Shown here: one piece after another, positions 13,975-25,931 of the stretch | Layout: every line of letters begins with the position of its first letter | Numbering within the stretch: the first letter of the stretch is position 1 | Assembly (NCBI RefSeq): GCF_006345805.1 | Contig: NW_021834848.1 | Span: forward strand, 1-50,392 | DNA: 50,392 bases | From: Octopus sinensis | Lineage: Eukaryota | Reading direction: 5' to 3' | Program-made: the position numbers and the translations under genes | The notes under the pieces: model-generated | Seen by the model: the letters and a program-made list of their open reading frames with translations, nothing else | Database searches by the model: none | What the model was told of the DNA's origin: nothing

Positions 13975-14279
13975 CATGATCACGTAACCGACCAGACCAT
14001 CAGATGTTGCTACACATCGCTGTTCACAATGCGTTCGCATTGTTTTAGCCTTCGAATGACGCCACCCAGCTGGCTAAGCGAGCAGGCCAACAGAAGAAAG
14101 AGTGAGAGAAAAAGTGGTGAAGGAGTACAACAGGGATCACCACCCCCTGCCGGAGCGTCGTGGAGCTTTTAGGTGTTTTCGCTCAATAAACATACACAAC
14201 GCCCCCGGTCTGGGAATCGAAACTGCGATCCTACGACCGCGAGTCCGCTGCCCTAACCACGGGGGCCATTGCGCCTCCA
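13975..14279 (-). mobile_element. tRNA-derived SINE, third body type
   Basis: Minus strand ggaggcgcaatggcccccgtggttagggcagcggactc...ttcgattcccagacc. Confidence 0.7.
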
Positions 14280-14291
14280 CACACACACACA

Positions 14292-14364
<73 letters not shown>

Positions 14365-14648
14365 TATCTGGAGTAAGCACATAAATGTGAAACAAGGTGT
14401 AAAAAAGAGTACTCAAATACCAGAGCTAGAGAAATATGCTTATTTAAAAGCAGCAGAAATATAACAAAAGCTGTTACTCAGAGTTTCATATTTCCATTCG
14501 TCGGACAGTTTTGTTAACAATATGTTAACTCTGAGTAACAGCTTTTGTTATATTTCTGCAGCTTTTAAATAAAGCATATTACTCTACCTCTGGTATTTGA
14601 GTACTATTTTTTCCACCTTGTTTCACATTTATATGCTTATTCCGGTAT
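14365..14648. repeat. Fold-back element with about 120 bp arms
   Basis: 14365-14485 pairs with 14527-14648; the spacer carries the hammerhead core. Confidence 0.85.
14461..14520 (-). ncRNA. Type I hammerhead-like motif with U4C core change, at the centre of a fold-back element
   Basis: guuaacaaaa-CUGU-CCGACGA-AUG(GAAA)UAU-GAAA-CUC-U-GAGU-A-ACAG-c-uuuuguua. Long bulged stem I, GAAA-tetraloop stem II, palindromic stem III, GUA triplet. Confidence 0.6.
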
Positions 14649-14751
14649 ATATACATTTATATATATATATATACACACACAGATAATACATATAACACAC
14701 ACACATTAATATATGTGTATGTATGTATATCTACATGTGTATGTAAATCTT

Positions 14752-14841
<90 letters not shown>

Positions 14842-15440
14842 ATTATGAATATATTAAGATTAGTATAATTATATTTCATTAAATCCATTTCTTCATATCC
14901 TTAGCCTCCTCCCCCTCCTCCTCATTCTTCTTCTTCTTCTTCCCACATGATCTTATTATACTTATTATTCATCCCCTAACCATACTTTTATTTATTTTTA
15001 GTTCCCCCCTGAAATAAGCCCAAAACAACATCCAGAAGCTGCACAGTGCAAGAGTGCACCTTTGATGCAAGTCTGATGAAGCACCACTCTAATGTCTAAA
15101 ATTGAAAATATTATGTAAATTTTCATTTTGAATTTTGTGTAGAACTGGTTTTGCAAACAGAGTTGGTACAGAAACAAATGTAGCGAATCATTAAAGATGT
15201 GTTAAAGTATTTCTTTGTCTTATTCTTTGTATTATACGTTACTCTTCACTACAGCCACACAATGGTTTAACCATTGTGAAACCAGAATTTTCCACACCTG
15301 AAGGATTTTGGTATTAATCTGGAATCTGACAGTGTTGACAGCCCAGAGGTTGGGTTGAGGGCTTCCCTGGAAATACCCTACTTTTATACCCTACCAGGAC
15401 CTTACACACACACACAAACACAAACACACATTTATACACA

Positions 15441-15505
<65 letters not shown>

Positions 15506-16303
15506 TCATATATGTGTTAAAAATATATACACACATAATAAAAGAGAAGAGAACAGAGGTTTTCATTTATTTCATCTGTTGAACATGTTTTCAGTATTCA
15601 TTAATAAATGATGCTGCACTATAAATGCAATCCATAGATGCACTTTATAAGTGCAGCATCCAGACCTTATGGTTCCTCAGAGAGACAAGAAATACTTGTC
15701 ACAAACCTGCAGTTACCATAACTACTTGAGAGGGATACAGCCTCGTAGGGAGAGCAAGCAGGAGTGGAGTGAGATCCAGTCCCTCCCTAATCTTAGATGT
15801 AAACTGGTGTTGATAAGAAATTGGAGTCAGTTGCCAGCTGAAATGTGGGGTCATAGGTTGCATTATATGTCCTTAGGAGAAGGAGAAGCATATAGATATT
15901 GCATATAAATGGCTGGCAGACAGGGCAGGGGTTATAAATCTCCACCCTTCAGATAGATGTGCTTGGCTATGTACACACAAACACACACACATATATCATC
16001 ATCATTTAACATCTCTTTTTCCATGCTGGTATGGGTTGAACAATTTGATCAGAACAGAGGGGCCAGAGGACTCCTCCAGTTCCTATGTCTGCTTTGGCAT
16101 CATTTCTACAGCTCGATGCCCTTACTAATGTCACCCACTTAAAAGAGGGCACTGGGTGCTTTTTACATGGCACCAGCACCAGTGAGGTTGCCAAGTACCC
16201 ACAAGATAAGATCTCTCATCTGAGTGGGATGGAGACTTGAGGGACAAGAGACCATGATAGAGGGAGAGGAGCAGGTGTCTTGGTGAAGGGGTGAATATGT
16301 ATT

Positions 16304-17140
16304 CTGATCAATAAGTATCTGGACTGTTGTGATAGTAACGAAGCTAAAGCATGCAGAGTGAAGCTGCTTGACACAGATTGATCTTGAACTCTGCTGTGCA
16401 TGTGCACTAAGTTTTAACATTCTAGCTGTTTGTAGCAGTGCTTGGAAGGAAGGTGTGTTGCGTATGATCATTGCATTGACTATAACAGAGAAAGTTGAGC
16501 AGAGAATCTGCATCAAACTTTGCCAAAGCTTGGCAATACTTGCTCTGAGGCCTACACAAAGTTTTCAAAATGTTTCCATCATTCTCAACACTTCAAGGAG
16601 ATCTTGTGTAATTGAAACCCGAATGTCGTTTTGGTCAGCTGAAAGCATTTTTGGCACAAGCTTAGCAGACACTCAAATCTTCAGTGATAATGGACTGAAC
16701 TGAACTGTAACTAATCTGCACATCCTCTGATAACTCACGGATGGTGATTCGATGATGTCCCCTCGCAGCTGCTTTCCCATCTGCGATGTTTTTCTCAGTT
16801 CTGCTGGTTGTGGGTCTCCCAGAACATTCGTAAATATCAACATTTTTTGGCCATCTTGAAAACGTCTGAAACACTCAAACACTTGTGTGTGGCTCTTACA
16901 CCTCTCTCCATACACTTTCTGCCACTTTCCATAGGCCTCTGAGCAGGTATTGCCATGACGACTTTCTCAGTTATGGCCAATGCGATGATCACACGCTGCC
17001 CACCTTCCTTCCAATCTAGAACATTAAAACTTAGTGCACATGCACTGCAGGGCTGAAGGTCAATCTGTGCCTGACAGCTTTTCTCTGATGCTTTGGCTTT
17101 GTTATTATGGTAACACTCCGGATACTTATTGATCAGACCT
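16304..17140. mobile_element. Mariner derivative built from two inward-facing 5' ends
   Basis: Terminal ctgatcaataagtatc(t/c)gga on both ends with about 250 bp diverged inverted arms. The plus arm encodes TEKVEQRICIK; the minus arm encodes YGERCKSHTQVFE...SGRPTTSRTE...ITIRELSEDVQISYSSVQSII. Confidence 0.8.
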
Positions 17141-17439
17141 AGCCCATGGCTTGCCCACCTGGAAAGTAAGAGGGAAAGAAAAAGAGATATGTAAGGTCCA
17201 AGTACAATGTGAATATGAGACAGAATGAGAAGGGCACTGAGTGAAAAAATAGTGGGATGGATGATTAGAAACAGAGAATGAGTTGGATGCAGAGGACATC
17301 AGTTTTAGTGGGAAGTGAAGAGAATAGAAGATAAATTGTGGGGAAAAGTTTGACAGTTCTGCTGAGATGGGTGGGTCTTCTCAATCACAGCATAATACCA
17401 TTCATCTTGGTACCCCGTTATTTCTGAGAAGCTCAAAAT

Positions 17440-17835
17440 CTTGAGGTTAGTCTTCGTCACTTTGTCTCACGTCTTCCACATGTTTCTTCCATGTTTAGTG
17501 AATGGTACTCCTTTATACACCTGTCTTCATCCATCCACATCACATGACTATACCAGCACAATCTCTCTTCAGTCCACCACATCTGATGCTTCTTATGCCC
17601 AATTTTTCCCCATTGATATTGCACATCCATCTAAGCATACTGGTTTCATTTCTTTCAAGTATTCCTAATGTCTTTTACATTCACAATCCAAGTTTCACAG
17701 CCACATTGCTGGTTTTACACAAACATCACACAATCTGCCTTTCTTTCATAAAAAATAGATTTACCTGTGCTTTAATTACCAACGTGCATCCACCTCTATT
17801 GTCAATTAGGTTACCTAGATAACAGAAACTATTGA
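17440..17835 (-). mobile_element. Old RTE LINE fragment
   Basis: Minus-strand remnants EIVNSFCYLG, LERNETSMLRWMCNI and LGIRSIRCG. Confidence 0.7.
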
Positions 17836-18045
17836 CTATTTCTTTATTTTAATCAGTTGAAATCATAAAGTGACTCAAAGGTCAAGAGTTTTGTGCAAAG
17901 AGTTTGATAAGGGTCATGGACGAAACTTTCGGCCCTTGAGTCATTTTGTAACTTCTGCAGGCTAAAATAAAAAAAAAGAAAATTTATAAACTTAAGTTTT
18001 GGGCACTATTGTTCTTGCTTGTGTTAACAGAAACCTATATATCAC

Positions 18046-18080
<35 letters not shown>

Positions 18081-18383
18081 AATACACACACACACACACA
18101 ATACACATCATCATCATTTTAATGTCTGCTATTCTATGCCTGCATGGTTCAAATACTATTTGTTAAAGCACGTTTCTTTCAGCTGGTTGCTCTTCCTGTC
18201 ACTAATCCTCATTTGTTTCCAAGCAACAGAATATTTCTCTTTGACTGGGCATATTTTCATGGAAGATTGGAAATGAAAAAAAAAACACTTGTATGATGGT
18301 GACACTTATCAAGGTGTATGCAGTAGGATTGAATCTGGATGGTTAGGAAGTAAACTTTTAAGCACACATAGCCTGCACCCCTG

Positions 18384-18429
<46 letters not shown>

Positions 18430-18453
18430 TATATATATATAATATATATATGT

Positions 18454-18506
<53 letters not shown>

Positions 18507-20376
18507 TAACAATTGTTTCGAATATATGTATGTATGTATAAGGACAGTCAAACCTGAATTGATGAACCACTCAATATATCTAAGTAGAATGCCATATTTA
18601 TTTTAACCAAGAAAAGGTTGATAGTGACTTTGAAGTTTTGATTCAGTTGCTTTCATCATACTGTAAATCTATTTTTAGCTTCTTATAGTTTTGTTGTTCC
18701 TCTTGTGGGTGGGGCATTTTAAAGTATGTAGGGAGATGGTGGAAGGGATTAGTAGGGCAAGGAAGAAACTGTTTTTGTTGGTAAATGGTTTTGTTTGTTT
18801 CAAGAAGATATCGTTTGCTTAAATTAGTTACATTTATTGGAGGAAATTAATTATATTCTGATTTGGATTTATTCAACCCTGGATATAAAAACTACTATTT
18901 TTTCCCCTTATGCTATGATGAAAAAACCATCAAGGTTTTATAACACCAGAAGTAGAATGATGGGGCTAATCAAATAGAAAAGTTTTGATTTTCATTTGCT
19001 AAGCTGACCATAAGAAAATCTTTTCACGAGTTCAGTTTATCCACAAGGTTTAGTTCAACAACTTTGAATAATTTTTGTTGAAATGTTCTGATGGTCATGA
19101 TGAAGCAGAGTTCAAAAGGAAACGAGTGTATTGAAATTTTCCTGACATGACAGTAACAATTAGGAAATGGGGGCAGAATATTTTAAAGGTGAATTCTGAG
19201 CTAGTTCAACATTTGGTGCATGAAGGTCATAGTTTGATTGGCAATTGGCTGCCATTTCTATCGGGTTTAGTTATGTAGTGATCTCCCTTATCTCATATAC
19301 ACACATATATTATCTGAAGGAGTTTTGGGTGATATTTTCAACATTCACTCACTCACACACACACACACACACACACGCATGCATACATACATACATCCAT
19401 CCATCCATCCATCCATCCATCAAGAAGTAATGATCAAGGAAATCTGATTGGACAGATTCATGATAAAAAGGTCATAATTTAATCTCATATATTTAGTGTA
19501 ATTTGTGTATATATATAGTAAAAAGAAATTCCACCAAAAATATGTCCCTCCAACAACATATACATTCACAATTGCCTTAATGGAGGAACATCTAAATTCA
19601 GTATTTGAAATTATAAGTATTTTTTGCAAATATTTAGATTTTGTTTTACGAAAACTGTAATACGACAAAATTTATGCAGTGAATAGACTTTGCATAAAAT
19701 TTGTATGTTGTGGTGCCTATATTTTCACCATTTCATTTAGGATGTGTCATACTGATATTAATATTTCATTTGTATGGAATGCTTGCTGCATGCACTTTTG
19801 GTAAATGAACTATGATCAAAAGCTCTTCTTGCATTTTATAAGATATATCATTACAAGAATCTTGCAAACCAAAATCAAAAACCATATATATTATTACAAA
19901 TCTATATGAAATATATGGAATGTATATTATGACATGGTATTTATTAAATGTCACTGTCAGCTTATTTTGTGTAGAGAGCCAACATGTGTATGCAAAAATA
20001 TACATGTATACATATGCATATATGTGTACATATATACATATAAATACACACACACACACATATGGGATTATAGTTGTAATAATGAAGTCAAACCAAATAA
20101 TGATATTTTGAAATAATTTCACACATACTTTTTAGGTGTGTGTAACAAATAATAGGAAATTCACCCACTCAGCAAGAGCTTTCTCAGTTAAAACATTTCA
20201 AAATAGAAGTCAGTCAATGGAAATATTACACCCATGTATATATGGTGGCTGTTACTTCATTTTGGGCAATGCATATACACACATATATATACACACACAC
20301 ATATATATATGTATATACACACATATACATACAAATATGTGTATATATATATACTTATATTTACATATGTATATAT

Positions 20377-20435
<59 letters not shown>

Positions 20436-20442
20436 TATATAG

Positions 20443-20541
<99 letters not shown>

Positions 20542-20720
20542 ATGTTATATATATTTTATATATATATACATATATATATTTACATACACGAATGCATTTC
20601 TACGCACACATACACAAATATATATAACTGTTTATAACACACATGTATATGTACGTATATATAATTTATTGATATGTAGCAGAAGCATCAGAATGACTCA
20701 AGGACTGAGAGTTTCATGAT

Positions 20721-20980
20721 ATAATTTTAACCTTTAAAGGTATTTTTTTCCCAAAAAGTTTCATCGAAAGTGGCAGCCTATTAAAATACCTTTAAAGGTT
20801 AAAATTATAAACAACTTATAAATAAGGGCAAAAGAAAAATTATTTCTATGCTGATAACAGACTTTAAATCGTCAATTTCCACATTTCATTATACATTCAC
20901 TATAAATACAGCACAACAAGTATTATAGTGAATGTATAATGAAATGTGGAAATTGACGATTTAAAGTCTGTTACCAGCAT
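20721..20980. repeat. Two adjacent hairpins (26 bp arms at 20721-20807; about 55 bp arms at 20848-20980)
   Basis: ataattttaacctttaaaggtatttt and its reverse complement; atgctgataacagactttaaatcg...cgatttaaagtctgttaccagcat with one outer mismatch. Confidence 0.85.
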
Positions 20981-21026
20981 ATTGGCATGGAAATTACTTT
21001 TCTTTTGCCCCTATTTATAAGTTGCC

Positions 21027-21060
<34 letters not shown>

Positions 21061-21298
21061 GTGTGTGTGTGTGTGTGTTTGTATATATATATATATATAT
21101 ATATGTTTGTATATATATATATCTATATATATGTTTGTGTATATATATATATGTTTGTGTGTATATATATATATGTTTGTATATATATATATCTATATAT
21201 ATGTTTGTGTATATATATATATATATATATAGTTTGTGTATATATATATATTATATATATATATATATATATTGTTTGTCTATATATATATATATGTT

Positions 21299-21329
<31 letters not shown>

Positions 21330-21331
21330 GT

Positions 21332-21653
21332 GAGGGCGCGTGGCTTAGTGGTTAGGGCATTCGGCTCATGATCGTAAGGTTGTGAGTTTGATTCCCGGCG
21401 ACGCGTTGTGTCCTTGAGCAAGACACTTTATTTCACGTTGCTCCAGTCCACTCAGCTGGCAAAAATGAGTTGTACTTGTATTTCAAAGGGTCAGCCTTGT
21501 CACTCTCTGTGTCACGCTGATTATCCCCGAGAACTACGTTAAGGGTACACGTGTCTGTGGAATGCTCAGCCATTTGCACGTTAATTTCACGAGCAAGCTG
21601 TTCCGTTGATCGTATCAGCTGGGACCCTCGTCGCCGTAACCGGCGGAGTCTTT

Positions 21654-21658
<5 letters not shown>
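21332..21658 (+). mobile_element. tRNA-derived SINE sharing head and core with 957-1290 but with a different tail
   Basis: ggcttagtggttagggc...ttgattcccgg...tgtgtccttgagcaagacactttatttcacgttgctccag; ends in a T-run. Confidence 0.8.
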
Positions 21659-21726
<68 letters not shown>

Positions 21727-21826
21727 CATATACATACGATATATATATATGTTTGTATATATATACATACAGATATATAAATATATACATAAGATATATG
21801 TATATTAATATATATATATTTTTTTC

Positions 21827-23139
21827 GTTTAACGTCCGCTTTCCATGCTAACATGGGTTGGACGATTTTGACTGAGGGCTGGCGAACCAGATGGCTGCAC
21901 CAGGCGCCAATCTTGATCTGGCAGAGTTTCCACAGCTTGATGCCCTTCCTAACGCCAACCACTCCGCGAGTGTAGTGGATGCTGGCAATGACCTAGCTCG
22001 AATCTTTTTACACATGCCACCGGCACAGGTGCCAGTGAAGCGACGTTGGTAACGAGCATAGTTGGATGGTACTCTTGGCACCCTACTAGCACAGGCATAA
22101 GTACCAGTAATGCGACACTGGTAACGATCATACTCGAATAGCTGCTCTGTTAACGATCACACTCGTATGGTGCTCTTTGCACCCCACTAGCACGGATGCC
22201 AGTCATCAAATTGATTTTGATTTCCCTTGCCTCAACTGGTCTTTGAAAGCAGAGTTTAGTGATCAAAGAAGGGAAAGGTATGCATAAGCAGGCTGGTTAT
22301 GCTCCTAGCATAGGCCACAAGCTATGGTCAAATTTGGCTTGCCGGGTCTTCTCAAGCACAGCATACTTCCAAAAGTCTCAGTCGCTAGTCATTTCGTTGG
22401 TAAGGTCTAATGTTCGAAGCTCGTGCTTCACCACTTCATCCCAGGTTTTCCTGGGTCTACTTCTTCCTCAGGTTCCCTCAACCACTAGGGTGTGGCACTT
22501 TTTCATGCAGCTATCCTCATCCATTCTTGCCACATGACCATACCAGTGCAGTCGTCTCTCTTGCTCACCACATCTGATGCTTCTTCGGTCCAACATTTCT
22601 CTCAAGGTACCTACACTCTGTCGAGTATGAACACTGACATTACACATCCATTGGATCATACGGGCTTCATTCCTTGTGAGCTTACGCATGTCCTCAGCAG
22701 TCACAGCCCATGTTTCACTGCCGTGTAGCATGGCTGTTCATACACATGCATCATACAGTGTACCTTTTACTCTGAGTGAGAGGCCCTTTGTCACCAGCAG
22801 TGGTAATAGCTCTCTGAACTTTGCCCAAGCTATTCTTATTCTAGCAGCTACACTTTCAGTGCACCCTCCTCAGTTACTGACTTGGTCACCTAGATAACAG
22901 AAGCTATCAACTACTTCTAGTTTTTCTCCCTGGAATGTGGCAGAAGTTGGTCTCTGCGCATTTTCAGTGTTTATCACCCCCGAGCATCTGCCACATACAA
23001 AAACTATCTTCCCAGTTAGCCTTCCTTTGATATTACTGCACCTCTTATGTGTCCATAGCTTACACTGGGTACATCTTATAGAGTTTCTACCTATGCCTCT
23101 ACTACAGATCGAGTAGGGCCATCTACCTGAAGGGATTTG
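21827..23139 (-). mobile_element. 5'-truncated RTE-clade LINE with 3' UTR and tail
   Basis: Peptide MLHGSETWAVTAEDMRKL...WYGHVARMDEDSC; tail motif ccatgytagcatggaaagcggacgttaaa. Confidence 0.9.
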
Positions 23140-24670
23140 TGGAATTCAAGACAGGATGCCCCTGGGAGCTCCTCTATGCTGATGACCTTGCCCTAATTGC
23201 TGAGTCACTATCAGAACTGGAGGAGAGGTTTCAGGTGTGGAAGCAAGGATTAGAATCGAAGGGCCTTAGAGTCAACCTAGCTAAAACCAAAGTTCTAATA
23301 AGTAGGAAGGTAGACAAATCACAAACACCTTCAGGTAGATGGCCCTGCTCGATCTGTAGAAAAGGCATAGGTAGAAACTCTATAAGATGCACCAAGTGTA
23401 AGCTATGGACACATAAGAGGTACAGCAATGTCAAAGGAAGGCTAACTAGGAAGATAGTTTTTGTATGTGGCAGATGCTCAGGAGCAATAAACACTGAAAA
23501 TACGCAGAGACCATCTTCCGCCACATTCCAGGGAGAAAAACTAGAAATAGTTGATAGCTTCCGTTACCTAGGTGACCAAGTCAGTAGTGGGGCTGGGGGT
23601 GCTGAAAGTGTAACTGCTAGAGTAAGAATAGCCCGGGCAAAGTTCAGAGAGCTCTTACGTCTGCTGGTGACAAAGGGCCTCTTGCTCAGAGTAAAAGGCA
23701 GATTGTATGACGCATGTGTATGAACAGCTATGCTACATGGCAGTGAAACATGGGCCGTGACTGCTGAGGATATGCGAAAGCTCGCAAGAAATGAAGCCAG
23801 TATGCTCCGATGGATGTGTAATGTCAGTGTTCATACTCGACAGAGTGTAAGTACTTTGACAGAAAAGTTGGACCTAAGAAGCATCAGTTGTGGTGTGCAA
23901 GAGAGACATTTGCGCTGGTAGGGTCATGTGGCGAGAATGGATGAAGATAGTTGTGTGAAAAAGCGGCACACCCTAGTGGTTGAGGGAACCTGAGAAAGAG
24001 GTAGACCCAGGAAAACCTGGGACAAGGTGGTGAAGCACGACCTTCGAACTTTAGGTCTCACCGAGGAAATGACTAGAGACCGAGACCTTTGGAAGTATGC
24101 TGTGCATGAAAAGACCTGGCAGGACAAGTGAGGCCATAATCCCGTGGCCTCTACCTGGGATGTAGCCAGGCCACTTATGCATTCCTTTCCTTCTTGGGAC
24201 ACAAAGCTCCACTTGTGAAGACCTGTTGAGGCAAGTGAAAATCAAAATCAAAATCGTATTCGATCAACATCAATGGAATTTGTAGCTGTGATACCAGTGC
24301 CGGTGGCACGTAAGAAGCACCATCCGAACGTGGCTGTAGCCAGCGCCGCCCTGACTAGCCTCCGTGCCGGTGGCATGTAAAATGCACCATCCGATTCGTG
24401 GCCGTTGCCAGCTTCATCTGGTCTCCATGCCGGTGGTACGTAAAATGTACCATCCGATTGTGGCCGTTTGCCAGCCTCGTCTGGCATGTAAAAAGCACCC
24501 ACTACACTCACGGAGTGGTTGGCATTACGAAGGGCATCCAGCTGTAGAAACACTGCCAGATCAGACTGGGCCTGGTGCAGCCTTCTGGCTTCCCAGACCC
24601 CAGTTGAACCGTCCAACCCATGCTAGCATGGAAAGCGGACGTTAAACGATGATGATGATGATGATGATGA
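23140..24670 (+). mobile_element. 5'-truncated RTE-clade LINE (RT C-terminal half, tandem-repeat 3' UTR, (GAT)n tail)
   Basis: PWELLYADDLALIAES...KTK...FRYLGDQ...HGSETW...GHVARM...RGRPRKTW with in-frame stops. Cys-rich insert CSICRKGIGRNSIRCTKCKLWTHKR...CGRC. Confidence 0.92.
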
Positions 24671-24691
24671 TATATATATATATCATATGTG

Positions 24692-24740
<49 letters not shown>

Positions 24741-25074
24741 TACTAGCAGCATAGCCCGGCGTTGTCCGGGTATGTAAGAGCCCCTAGTAGGCAACGACTA
24801 ATCCCAATCTAGTCCTTTCCCTCTAGGGAATGAAGGCGCATGTGTAGGTTGCAATGTCTTCTCTACACTCCCAAATAACTATCAAACAGCTATCGATAAT
24901 TCAACTCAGGGAAGTTTTCAAAATTTTCTCTGCGTTAGTTTTGAATTATGACATTGGGCTATGTGTGTGTCAAGTTTCATCAGAATCGATTGAAAGCCGT
25001 GGTCAGGGTGAGGGTACAACCTGACAGACACACAGACACACGACAGACAAACTGCCGTTTATATATAGAGAGAT
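24741..25074 (+). mobile_element. Helentron-associated (HINE/DINE-1-like) non-autonomous element
   Basis: Starts tactagcagcatagcccggcgttgtccggg (subterminal inverted repeat), contains aagtttcatcagaatcg and a gacagacaca microsatellite, ends gtttatatatagagagat, inserted in (TA)n. Confidence 0.65.
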
Positions 25075-25098
25075 ATATATTTATATATATATATCATA

Positions 25099-25131
<33 letters not shown>

Positions 25132-25820
25132 GAGATAAACCAGAATTGAAGGGAACTTGTGGTGGTCTATGTCACCTAGAGTTGTATTGGCAGAAGTAAT
25201 AGAAAGACTTTGAAGTTGCCATGAGTTGTAGAGTAGCTGTCTTTTTGAACTGAGTTCATTTTCAGGGTAATGAAGGCAGGTGGCAGTGTTTTACATCCTC
25301 TTTCTTGGAATAACCTGGTTGAAACTGATGGGGAACATAAGACAGTATGTAGAGAGGAAGTATTAGAAGAGAGAAACTGCTTGAGAATGGGAGAAAAATA
25401 AAAAAAGAAATCAAAAGAGGAAGAGTAGCAACTGAGTTTGGGGCAGAAAGTAAAACTGAGGGGAGTTGAAGTTTAAGAATGGGATTACTTGAACTAAGAG
25501 ATATAAATGGGATCCATTTCGATCCATATCACTAATAGGTTCAAATGAACATTTTCCTTTCTACTCCCTACTCATCCTCTTGGTACAATGACTTGTCTTT
25601 TGGCTCCTTCATCTCCTCTCTCACCTCAGTTATTTCCCCCATCTCACCTATTGAATATTTTAACGATAATTATTTGATAACATTGTAGGTAGTAATGATA
25701 TCTGGCGTTTGTTTGTTTGTATGTATGTGTGTGCATGCATGCATGTTTGTGTGTGTGTGTGTGCATTTGCTTATTTTCCGTTCTTTTGTTAATAGCATAA
25801 GAGATATGTTGTTGTCTTAC

Positions 25821-25931
25821 CACTTCTCCCATCTTGTTTTTGGCATATTCGATCCGTATTCCTCCCCTATCTGATGACAATAGTACAAAACCATGTAGCC
25901 TGTTCATGGCTTCAGTTGCTTGTCTCACATC
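25821..25931 (-). CDS. cpo: Couch potato/MEC-8-family exon encoding the end of RRM2 (phase 0/0)
   Basis: Acceptor tttttctAG, donor GTaagac. 111 nt = DVRQATEAMNRLHGFVLLSSDRGGIRIEYAKNKMGEV, the RRM2 end typical of two-RRM cpo/MEC-8 proteins. Confidence 0.92.

Noticed and set aside
20681-20730. Minus-strand GAAACTCTCAGTC...CTGATGC as a possible type II hammerhead
   Set aside because: A9 is missing and stem I does not pair.
25644-25820. ORF read-through beyond KMGEV
   Set aside because: It runs past a consensus GTAAGA donor into microsatellite-derived residues.
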